Positions 11,480 through 21,034 of a stretch of DNA of 64,000 nucleotides are shown piece after piece; positions within the stretch are counted from its first letter, which is position 1, and every line of letters begins with the position of its first letter. The notes beneath the pieces were generated by a model. The model had not been told where the DNA came from, did no database searches, and worked only from the letters and a program-made list of their open reading frames with translations. This DNA is from Cyanidioschyzon merolae (Eukaryota), in the NCBI GenBank assembly GCA_000091205.1, contig AP006501.2; one strand, 5' to 3'. A program made the translations under genes and the position numbers.

Positions 11480-12228
11480 CTTGACGAGTATGAAAAGCGC
11501 ACCTCCATGCCCGCCTGCGTTTCCACGATCGGTGCCGTACCCGAAGACCATGGCCTTCCTCTGGCAAGGCCTTCGGTGAGTACGGTTTCTGGTGAAGGTG
11601 CAAGCGCGTGCTGTCCCAATCGATGGAGGATTTATGAAACGCGATCCTGCCCAAGATGATGCACTTACCGGAAGTGGAATCTCGACAGGAGACCAAGTCA
11701 GGAGATTCCTATCTGCCAACGCTGCCTGCTTGCAAAGCGTTGACGTAGTGTTCACCGAAAGTGATCGATGCCACGATCGGGGTCTGAGTACCAGCCGTCT
11801 TTTTATGAAAATAGAAGAGACGGGAGCCTCTGAGTGCTTATCTCGTGGTACGGAGCATGCTGCTGTTGAAGGCGATTTTGGCAACGAGCACAAAAAGAGT
11901 AGAATTTGTGCTTCGAACGAAATCGGTTCCTTGTCGTGCCAAGCTTGGTGAAAAATCAACACGAGCATGTTCTAAGGCCGCAAAAAAATGACGTCGTGTT
12001 TTCTTCCTCGTCTATCCGGCTGCGGTAATAGCGACGCCGGCGAGTTGTCCATCAACAAGCTCGCCGAAAACTTGCAGAATGCGTGTTTCGACCATGCTAT
12101 ACGCAAGGAAAGAAGAAGAGTGAACGCTTGCACATATGCCTCAGATAATCGTGCAGGTTATTTTACGAATCTTTGTTGCGTGGCGTCGCGAATCATCCTG
12201 ATTCCGGTGACGCAACGAATTCCGGCAG
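11480..12228 (-). repeat. Dispersed repeat family 1, copy B (reverse orientation)
   Basis: The reverse complement of 12206-12225 is ccggaattcgttgcgtcacc, which matches copy D's ggtggaattcgttgcgtcacc exactly over 18 nt. The reverse complement of 11600-11633 is aaatcctccatcgattgggacagcacgcgcttgc (30/34 identity to copy A), and homology continues across the intervening sequence. Confidence 0.55.
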
Positions 12229-13458
12229 CAAAGCGTCGCGGGAGCCACTCCGAGTCGTCGATCGAGAATCCTAAAACTATGAAGGCATTCGGAAAATCCA
12301 TACTGCCGCAGCTCCAATGTCAAGACATTGCACCAAGGAAAGGTTCCGAATCAAAAACCTGAACGCTGGAACACAGCGAGCAGTTCAGTGTTCCAGTCGA
12401 GTCTGCTGGGGGCGGAGGACGCCCTTGCATCTATTGCTGCAAAATTATTGACGCAGAGAGTTACATCACATAACCTGCTAGGCAGAATGGGCTGCGAACC
12501 GGATGCGCACACGGGCCCAGTGCTTTGTGCACCTACGCCCTGGTAGATGCTAAGCAAACGTCCACGTCGCGAACCGGCAACGCATTTCATACAAGATCGC
12601 GAAGGAGAGGTGGCTCCCGGGACTCATCCCAACAACCAAGTTTCTCCAGCATGTGTTGCACCGAAGGCAAGCCTCTATCCGCTGAGTGATTCAACACGTA
12701 TCGACTTCGAGACCCGACTTTCTATCAGGTGCGGCACGACTCGAGCTGACGCCCCCTGTGGTATTGGGACGCCGTCCTGGCTCCATGCACGACTGGACCG
12801 GTGCTAGGGGCGCTATCGCGGACACGTGTGGCACACACGCAGCGCGCATGACTACCCGGAAAACTATCGGTAGCTCCGAGGGAAAGTGTAGCTAGTGGAA
12901 TTTGGTAGTAGAGCGTGGAACGATGGATGCCGCTCCGAGCGCGGGTATCAAGCGCGCATTCGGGCATCCCCGGTCTCAGTAACGGTTTCGTCAACTGAAA
13001 AAGTGCATATCACGGATCCTACGCTCGACCGGTGTTAAGGCGTCTGCGTCGGAGTTTTTGTTTTTGCTGTGATTCGCGGCAGTACTTGCACACTGCGTGG
13101 AGCCTTGTTCGATCAAATGCTCTTATGCCAATCCAAGGACAAAGGTTTTGCATATCTGCCAAGATCACCGGACGGAAACCTCTTCGATGTATCGCCCTTG
13201 CGCCGCAGAAAAGCGAAAGTGGTACGATACCGCAGCGTTCGTTGTGACACATAAAATACATAAATGAACTATTTGCTCCAGATTCGTGGATCTCTCGCGC
13301 CGCATCTGAATAAAAAAGCAGCCGCTGTCCACTGGCGCACGCTGGGTCATTCGCCCGCGCTCCACGCGCATGCGTCCAGCAAGCGGAAGGTACAAACGTT
13401 TCCAAAGTTTGCGCCAAGCGACGGGAGCCACGCCTCTTGATCGTTTTTTACGGGAAGT

Positions 13459-13857
13459 ATGGACGCTACATCAGCGACTTCTGGACATGCGACAGAAATC
13501 ACGTTACCAAGCGCCAAACAGCTGATAGTGAATACGCTGCGTCGCGCTTGGCGAACCCCAAGGACGCATCGCGCAAAAGCCTGCGTCTGGAAAGCGAAGG
13601 CTCAACGTCAGCGAACCTGGGCAGACAAAGAGGCGGATCGAGAACGTTTGCAAGCAGTAAAAAAGTTAGAGCGCAGCCTGAAGGAGAAGGCGCGGGCACA
13701 GCGGGCAGCTGAAGCAGAGCGAAGAGCCCAAATGCGCGCCGAACGTGAAGCCAACGCCCTCCGCACCGGCACGAAAGTGCAGATTGTGCGTGATTCGAAC
13801 AAGATCAAGCGCATGTCTAAAAAGCAGCAAAAATTGCTACGAAAGATGGCATTATAG
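13459..13857 (+). CDS. Cgr1/CCDC86-family small basic coiled-coil (nucleolar) protein
   Basis: The 132-aa ORF is highly basic with coiled-coil character. Its C-terminus TKVQIVRDSNKIKRMSKKQQKLLRKM matches the Cgr1/cyclon signature as recalled ([25 protein letters not shown]). Confidence 0.55.
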   Translation: MDATSATSGHATEITLPSAKQLIVNTLRRAWRTPRTHRAKACVWKAKAQRQRTWADKEADRERLQAVKKLERSLKEKARAQRAAEAERRAQMRAEREANALRTGTKVQIVRDSNKIKRMSKKQQKLLRKMAL

Positions 13858-14165
13858 GCTGCGCGCAGCCACCTGAACCGAATAAAGTGAGCACCGAGCA
13901 GGTGGTCTAGCTTTCCCTTGCGCTCCAAAGCGAGAACGTTGCTTCGAGTTTGCCAGTTGGCACAACAGTGACAAAACTCGTTCAGGACACGAACCTCACA
14001 CTGCGAAAGAATTCGCACTTAATCCTCTGGTAGAAACGGTGCATACATCATTGTATCCAGCAGGTACACGTTACTCTAAACGAAAGACCTAGACTCTTTT
14101 TCAAGACGCTCGCATGAGGTCTCGGACGCAGCACCAAACGCCAGACACTCCTCTTGGCATGCCCT

Positions 14166-14687
14166 TCATTCCGGAGCACGTCGTTTCGCAGCAGCCGCAG
14201 CCATGAGCTCTTTCACCGTATCTGCCGGGACACTCTTTTGTGCAGGTCCAGTTTCCAGATTGTAGAGCGCTAGCATATGACCGTCAGGGGCCCGCAACGT
14301 CACCGCGGTTGCACCGTAAACTGTCCGTCGTACTGGACCATCCATAACGGCACCTTGTGCAAGGCACTCACGAACTGTTTGATCCAAATCGTGGACCTGA
14401 AACCGCAGAAGCGGCGAGTACCCTGTGAGACTACACGCGAGCGTATCCGTCTCGTGCAACTCTAGCAACCCGTTCGGTGCGTCAAGCGCAGCCCACTGCT
14501 CTGTACGCTGCGCAACCCGAAGACCCAGGCCTTGGGTGTAGAATTCAAGGGAACGTTCCAGGTTCGAGACAAGCAGAAGCACACCTCGCCACAGCGCTCC
14601 CGTCATACCACTGCCGACCTCCAGCAACCGATCTTCTTGTCGCCTGTTTTTGGGCACGATCAGCCTTCGCTCTTCGACTTTGCTCAC
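14166..14687 (-). CDS. Glyoxalase/bleomycin-resistance (VOC) family protein
   Basis: The segment LWRGVLLLVSNLERSLEFYTQGLGLRV is a typical VOC beta-alpha-beta opening, followed by a second half ending DGHMLALY. The start may be the internal Met at about 14606. Confidence 0.7.
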   Translation of the reverse strand: MSKVEERRLIVPKNRRQEDRLLEVGSGMTGALWRGVLLLVSNLERSLEFYTQGLGLRVAQRTEQWAALDAPNGLLELHETDTLACSLTGYSPLLRFQVHDLDQTVRECLAQGAVMDGPVRRTVYGATAVTLRAPDGHMLALYNLETGPAQKSVPADTVKELMAAAAAKRRAPE

Positions 14688-14906
14688 CTAGATGCTTCTG
14701 CTGTCTACAACTGTCGTTTCATCTTCGACGAGTTTACGATACCCGCCCATGCACACAGCAAGTGCTCCAGAGCGTTTCGAGGTTGCGCGCGGGAGTACAC
14801 GTTCGGAGCACGAGGTTGATTCAATGCTGTACAATTTGGTATTAGACAAACATGGACAGCATCCACGTACGCTACCCGCGGACTGAAAAAGCGCGCGCAA
14901 CTCTCT
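14688..14906. promoter_or_regulatory. Putative bidirectional promoter between the divergent VOC gene (-) and SPT16 (+)
   Basis: A 219-bp gap separates two divergently oriented, well-supported genes. This is an inference from gene arrangement only. Confidence 0.3.
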
Positions 14907-17900
14907 GTGGCCTGTGCGCTTGTTCCACACTGGGGCCGGTGCTCCGCCAAAGCAACAGAGATGGCAGCAGTTGGGCAGGCAGCTGCGTCCGAAGCAGCGC
15001 TGAGGAGCCCAACCGCGAACATCCTTTTCAAAGGTGATCTGGAGGCACGTTTGGCGCGAGTTGGCGACGCATGGCTCGATGCAAGCAGGACGTTCGATGC
15101 GCTCTTCGTTTATACGGGAGCGCTCGCAGCTGGAGAGCCTGCCGGTTACCGCAAGTCTTATGCTTTGGTTATGTACATACTTGGTGTGGAAGCGCAGCAG
15201 ACTGCTCTGGTGCTGCAGCACACCGACGCCGCGTCAGTACTGTGGATCGGGACGGCAGATGCCGAGATCTGGGCCGCGCTAGAGACAGCTGCCCCAGCGC
15301 TGGGTCTATCCGCGGGTCACCATGAGGCAGACCGCCATCAAAATGGTGTCGAAGTGAACGACGATCGTAGCGGAGCGTCTTCAACCCCGAAAGCAACCCT
15401 TCTACGGGGCAACTTGGGCTCAGACTGGTTCCTGGTAGCCGCTTGGATAGCAACCAAGCGTGACCTGGAGAAGACGCTTGCCGTGGCGGGGGTTCCTGCG
15501 CGTTCCTCATTGAATTTGGGTGCCCTGGTGAAGGAGCGGAACGTACATCAGGGTGACTTTGCCGCGAAATGCACCGCCTACGTTTTCGGAGACGCGGCAG
15601 GGTCGGACGTTGCCACTCCACCTCCGGTGAATGCAGCGGAATGGATTGGAAACCTGCTCATTGCGAAACTCCCCGATGAAATTCAAAATATCCGGAAAGC
15701 CTCATATCTGTGCGCGAAAGTTTGCCAGGCATACTTTGTGGAACGGATGGAAAGCATTTTGGACGAGGACACACCAGTTTCGCATGATCGCCTAAGCGAG
15801 GAAGTCGAGGCGCGACTGCTCGCACCAGCAACCGTTGGTGTGCAGCTTGTTGCCAGTGAATGTGAAGCCGCATACCCACCGATCATACAGAGTGGACGAG
15901 ATGGTCCCTTCGACCTGCGTCCTAGTGCAATCAGCAATGAACAAAATTTGAGCACGGGCCTGGTGCTCGCCTCGATCGGTGCACGCTATCATCAGTACTG
16001 CGCAAATGTGGTGCGCACTTTTCTCATAGATGTGGAGAAACCCATCCGCAGCATGTACGCGAAGGCGCTGCAAGCGTTGGAAGCGGTGCGACGCGCGTTG
16101 CGCCCGGAGCAGGAGGCATGGGTTGCCTACAACGCAGCCATTCAAGAGCTCGGAGAGGAGCTAGCCGCCGCGCACCTTGCCGGGAAACACGTCGGATTTG
16201 GCATTGGTCTCGAGTTCCGAGACTCAACCTGGCTCTTGAACGAACAGAACCACAAAATTCTTCGTTCCGGAATGACGTTCCAGATTCAGGTCGGCCTGGA
16301 GCGGCTTGGGGAGAACAGTACACTCGCGCTCATGGTAGCAGATACCGTACTCGTTGGTGGTGCGGATCCAGAAGGGGCGGAAGTTTTGACCCAAGCTGCC
16401 TCCAAGAGCCCTGCCAAAGTAACCTATTTCCTCGATATGGACGCCGACGAGGAAGCGGATGACGGCACCGTAGGCAATGCGGGGAAGAATTCTGAAGCGT
16501 TGGCTTCTGAGCAGGTCGCCGGGGAACCCAGTGCTCCGTCGATCGTTACCCGCCGTCGTGCACAACAATCTAGTGCTCCTGATGATGATGATGCAGCTGC
16601 GGAAGCGGAGCGCATTCGACTCCACCAGCAGAAGCTCGCCGAGCAAAAGCTCCGTGAATCGCGTACCCGAATTCTGGGAAAGAGTGCATCCAGTGCAGGG
16701 GACCAATACAGCGCCGAGGGCAAAGGATTTCGTGCGCTGAATGCTTATCGCGCCTACGAGCGAGTTGAAGACTTTCCCGCTGGGCTACGACCGCGCCAAC
16801 TCTTCGTGGATATGGAACGCGAAGTCGTCCTGGCACCAATCACGGGAATTCCCGTTCCTTTTCACATCGCGACGATCAAGAATGCCTCCAAGTCCGATGA
16901 GTCGGGCTTTACGTACCTGCGCATCAACTTCCTTGTGCCTGGCACTAGCGCGTCGACGGCAAGTGCCTCGGGCGCCGGCGGCCTGACGGCCCCCGCAGGT
17001 GTCAGCGGCGCCGCGGCACGACTATCCCTCTTTCCCGATAACCCCGGATTCGTGCTGAAAGAACTCTCCTTCCGCTCCGCAAGTGCCGCCAACCTGAGCG
17101 AGGTCTTCCGCAAGATCAAGGAGCTTCGCAAACGCTTTACCAGCCGGGAAACGGAAGCCCAAGAGAAGGAGACGCTCGTGAAACAGGCTCCTCTGATTCT
17201 TGAGACCGACCCGAGACGCATCCCGCATCTTGTTGACGTGTCGATTCGCCCGTCGTTGGGCGCTGGGGGTCAACGTGCAAACCAGGGTGTCCTCGAAGCG
17301 CATGTCAATGGTCTGCGTTTTCGCTCGCGGCAACAGCGCGCTGTGGACATTCTCTATCGCAACGTGAAGCACGCCTTCTTCCAAGAGGCGCGTAACGAGG
17401 TCATCGTGCTGGTTCATTTCCGTCTGCATACGCCGATCATGGTGGGAAAGCGCAAAACAATTGATATCCAGTTTTACACCGAGGTGATGGATGCGACCGT
17501 CCGCCTCGCGGATACGCGACGGAATCCCTTCGATATCGATGAAATCGAAGAGGAGCAGCGTGAACGGGAGAATCGGCATCGTCTGAACAAACTGTTCTTC
17601 AAGTTTACCAAAGAGGTAGAGGCCAAAGCAAATGAAGAGCTCGAGTTCGATATGCCGTATCGGGAATTGGGCTTTGAGGGTGCTCCTGATAAGATGCAGC
17701 GCTTTTTGATGCCGACGCGCGATTGTCTCGTTGATCTTATCGAGTTTCCACCGGTGATCATTTCGCTGGAGGATATCGAAGTAGCTCACTTTGAACGCGT
17801 GACCTACTCGCTCAAAAACTTTGACCTTGTGTTGGTGATGAAGAATTTCGCACAGGAACCGAGTCGTGGTGAGACTCAATGGATCCGCATCTCGTCAGTT

Positions 17901-18584
17901 CCGAGCACAGAGCTGGACGCGGTGAAAAAGTGGCTTGATTCCGTCAATATCCCCTTCTATCAGGGTCCATCGAATCTGAATTGGAACACGGTGCTGCGCA
18001 CCATTCGAGAAGACCTCGAGGGTTTCTACGAAGAGGGCGGTTGGCGTTTCCTGGACGCCGAAGCGTCGAGTTCTTCCTCTGAAGATGAGGATGAAGAGGA
18101 AGGAGACGACGCTGGTGCCGGCGCAAAAACACGTGCCTCCGCGACCAAGGCTAGCGCTGGCGGGGCCGCTGCGGATCTCTCCGATCAGGATGAAGAATAC
18201 GTTCCTAGCGACGAAGACTTTGAAGCGGAATCTTCCGAAAGCGACTATGACGAAGACGATGATGATGAATCTTTCGAGGCTGACGAGGAAGCAATTGACT
18301 TGGCCGAGGAACTCGGTGATGACGATGCAGGTGAAGCCGAGCTCAGTTCCTCTGACGAAGGCCTCGACTGGGACGAACTCGAACGCCGCACCAAGGAGGA
18401 AGAGCGACAGAAGCGCAAGCGATGGCACGACGACGACGATGACGACGAGGATGATAATGATGGTGATGACGATAACGAGAATGATGGCGATGCGCGACGT
18501 CGACGCCACGGACGCAAGCAGCGTGCCCGGGCGCCCTCCGGACAGACAGCGTTGACGCACGGGCCCAAGCGCGTACTTCGTTAG
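14907..18584 (+). CDS. SPT16: FACT complex subunit SPT16
   Basis: The 1225-aa single ORF has an N-terminal aminopeptidase-like domain (ASIGARYHQYCANVVRTFLID), middle/Rtt106-like regions, and a long acidic D/E-rich C-terminal tail. The likely start is the Met at 14958 (MAAVGQ). Confidence 0.9.
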   Translation: MACALVPHWGRCSAKATEMAAVGQAAASEAALRSPTANILFKGDLEARLARVGDAWLDASRTFDALFVYTGALAAGEPAGYRKSYALVMYILGVEAQQTALVLQHTDAASVLWIGTADAEIWAALETAAPALGLSAGHHEADRHQNGVEVNDDRSGASSTPKATLLRGNLGSDWFLVAAWIATKRDLEKTLAVAGVPARSSLNLGALVKERNVHQGDFAAKCTAYVFGDAAGSDVATPPPVNAAEWIGNLLIAKLPDEIQNIRKASYLCAKVCQAYFVERMESILDEDTPVSHDRLSEEVEARLLAPATVGVQLVASECEAAYPPIIQSGRDGPFDLRPSAISNEQNLSTGLVLASIGARYHQYCANVVRTFLIDVEKPIRSMYAKALQALEAVRRALRPEQEAWVAYNAAIQELGEELAAAHLAGKHVGFGIGLEFRDSTWLLNEQNHKILRSGMTFQIQVGLERLGENSTLALMVADTVLVGGADPEGAEVLTQAASKSPAKVTYFLDMDADEEADDGTVGNAGKNSEALASEQVAGEPSAPSIVTRRRAQQSSAPDDDDAAAEAERIRLHQQKLAEQKLRESRTRILGKSASSAGDQYSAEGKGFRALNAYRAYERVEDFPAGLRPRQLFVDMEREVVLAPITGIPVPFHIATIKNASKSDESGFTYLRINFLVPGTSASTASASGAGGLTAPAGVSGAAARLSLFPDNPGFVLKELSFRSASAANLSEVFRKIKELRKRFTSRETEAQEKETLVKQAPLILETDPRRIPHLVDVSIRPSLGAGGQRANQGVLEAHVNGLRFRSRQQRAVDILYRNVKHAFFQEARNEVIVLVHFRLHTPIMVGKRKTIDIQFYTEVMDATVRLADTRRNPFDIDEIEEEQRERENRHRLNKLFFKFTKEVEAKANEELEFDMPYRELGFEGAPDKMQRFLMPTRDCLVDLIEFPPVIISLEDIEVAHFERVTYSLKNFDLVLVMKNFAQEPSRGETQWIRISSVPSTELDAVKKWLDSVNIPFYQGPSNLNWNTVLRTIREDLEGFYEEGGWRFLDAEASSSSSEDEDEEEGDDAGAGAKTRASATKASAGGAAADLSDQDEEYVPSDEDFEAESSESDYDEDDDDESFEADEEAIDLAEELGDDDAGEAELSSSDEGLDWDELERRTKEEERQKRKRWHDDDDDDEDDNDGDDDNENDGDARRRRHGRKQRARAPSGQTALTHGPKRVLR

Positions 18585-18585
18585 C

Positions 18586-19575
18586 TCAATCAGAATCGTT
18601 CGCTGGCTCTAACTGTACTCCAAAGCACGTCTTCAACGAGTCAAAGAACATAAAGAATATGCCGGACGATACCGCTTCCCAGGTTGCGCGCGGCATGACG
18701 CCCCGGAAGAGTGCAGGGACACCACCCTCTCCGAGCAGCGCTCTGATCGCCTGCAAGACTGAGGTTGCGGGGCGGCCCGGCTGGGTGCCAGAGACCAGCA
18801 TGCGCGTACGCACCACGTCCAGCGGGGTGGTGATGACCCCAATGAGACCGCCGGCGCTCATACCCAGCAGAAGCAGTTCCCATTCGGCGAGTCTTTCGCG
18901 ACCTTGCACTCGCTGCGTGATCTGTTTGAATTGCTCGAACGTCCCAAACTCAAGGGCGTCGAACGGCAAGTTTCGCAAGAGATTCGACCCGTACCCAGTC
19001 CAGAGCGCCATAAGGCCGCCTTCATGAACCCAAAGGTGTCGCGCTGCTGCGACAATATTCGGCTGCAGGCATGACTGCACGCGCTGTTTGATCAACTCCG
19101 CAGGCGTATCGACGAGGCTGCTAACGATATTTGCCATAGCGGCTGCGGTGGTGGACTCCCAGAAGAGCCTCGGGCCCGCGTCCGAGTTCGCACGCAGACC
19201 CTGGTCATGATAATGAGACGCACCGGGGCGCGTTCGACGTAGCGTTCGACGCACCGACTCGTACGTGATCGCGAATAACGCTGCAGTTGGAAGTGAACCA
19301 ATCACGCCGGACAGGACACCGGCGTAGAGCTGGCGAAAACCGCGACCATCCGCCATACGACGTACGGCATGCTGGAATGCGCGTACTGGACCCAGCCAGT
19401 GCAGGCCCGAGGCAGATCGCCACGCCAGTGTCGAAGCAGCTGCAGCTGTTGCGTGGCGAGAGTGGATCAGCCGGCGGTGTGCCGTTGGCAGCTGCTGCGT
19501 CTGCTTGAGCGTGTCGAGTGGGTACAGGAGAAACTCAACTAGGGCCTCGGCGATAGCGCCAGCGCTCGCCTCCAT
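18586..19575 (-). CDS. Mitochondrial carrier family protein (SLC25, possibly SAM-carrier-like)
   Basis: Three Mito_carr repeats are present: YPLDTLKQTQQ, ELIKQRVQS and PLDVVRTRMLVSG, plus ALFRGVMPRATWEAVSSGIFF. The ORF extends to 19908 but the start is taken at MEASAGAIAEAL, giving about 329 aa. Its stop codon lies 1 bp from the SPT16 stop. Confidence 0.8.
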   Translation of the reverse strand: MEASAGAIAEALVEFLLYPLDTLKQTQQLPTAHRRLIHSRHATAAAASTLAWRSASGLHWLGPVRAFQHAVRRMADGRGFRQLYAGVLSGVIGSLPTAALFAITYESVRRTLRRTRPGASHYHDQGLRANSDAGPRLFWESTTAAAMANIVSSLVDTPAELIKQRVQSCLQPNIVAAARHLWVHEGGLMALWTGYGSNLLRNLPFDALEFGTFEQFKQITQRVQGRERLAEWELLLLGMSAGGLIGVITTPLDVVRTRMLVSGTQPGRPATSVLQAIRALLGEGGVPALFRGVMPRATWEAVSSGIFFMFFDSLKTCFGVQLEPANDSD

Positions 19576-21034
19576 CAAGAGCCGTCGACCGAGCCCGAGC
19601 GGTGTTTTCTGCGCTGGTGTCGCGGGTGCGTGTGAGCTCGTTCGCGTATGTGCACTTGGACTCGCGCCCGAGTCGGCCGGCCGCTTTCGTCGGTCCGGTG
19701 GTGACGACGGCATCACAAGAGCGCGCTCTAACGACCAGATTGGCGTGTGCGCGCACCAGCGGGTTGACGACGTGGAGCTACGGCGTCGTAGCGGCTGCTG
19801 GCCTATCAAGGTATGCAACCACGGGCCGGGGGCAACGTCCGCGTCGAACGCCCAGCTGCCATTATGGCCGCTTCCCGGCGAGGCGACCTTTTCGCTCTCG
19901 AACAGCATGACAACGACGCAAGCACGACCGCGATAGGGTGCTTAGCTGGAGTTCGCACGAAACGCTCCTGGTTTTAAAAAAGCTCCACACTCGCATTACA
20001 TAATGACGCTAGAATCTGGTGCGTTTTGGTGTTGATCATGCCCCGCTTCCGTATCGTGAACAACATACGCTCGGCAGGGTAGAATGCAGCGTGGCTATGT
20101 TCGCCAGCCGCCGCACGCCAACGATAGCACACGTCCGCGCACGGGCAGTGCGCCTCGCGCAGCCAATCATCCGGTTGTCCGTTTCTACTATAAAGGTACA
20201 TTTCTTGGTAGTTATGACTGGTTACTGAATCGCCACCTCAATCAGCACGCATTCGACTTGTCGGGTCCGGGACGCGTGCGCGCTCCGGTGCAGGCGTGTG
20301 CCGGCGCATTCACCGCCACGTGCCTCCGCTTCGTGTGCATCCTGCGGCGTGCCTGGCGTTGGAGCTGCCTCCAGCCGCTGACACCAGTGCATACACGACC
20401 GAGGCAGAGTGTGTGTAGCGCGTCCGGGTCGCGCTGGCACTCCTTCGCGCACCAGGTGAGCTCGGCACTGCCGCCCGCACGCACCCGAACAACGTATGCA
20501 CGCGCGCTTACCCGGTACGGCCACACAGAGACGATGCGATGCATGTGCACGTAGCCACTAACGTCGCTATCGAGCAGGATGCAGCATGCATGCGCGTGCG
20601 CCGTCAGGCCGTTTCGCGGGAAACACGCATCCCATGGACACGTGTGTGTCACGGATACACGTAGCACGCATATCAACAGATGCATTGCTATCATTGTGCG
20701 TGTTCACGCACATGTGCTCGAATACGATTGGCGTTCTCGCACCTTTAGGCGCGAGTGTGCGCTCACTGACCGTCCGGGGTGTCTACATGGATCAGCATCC
20801 AATCGACACGGGTGGGCGGCGTTTCGCAGAGCGCTGCGTCCAGCGTCTGGGCGCATCATCACAGCATGGGGTGTGCAGCTCAGTGCGCGAGGTGGATGCG
20901 AAACCGCGCGCTGCGGTCGCGCGCTCACCAGGACTCGTAGTCGCACCATGCATGCTGTTTGCCAATGAGCAGCGCCCATGTACCTAACCGGAACGCAACG
21001 AACTGCTGCGATTAGCCGCGCACGGTGATCATCT

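Noticed and set aside
17022-18568. Long antisense ORFs (285 aa, 221 aa, 107 aa) opposite SPT16 and the 156-aa ORF 18085-18555
   Set aside because: They lie entirely within the well-supported SPT16 CDS, whose acidic tail generates open frames on other strands, and they have no domain.
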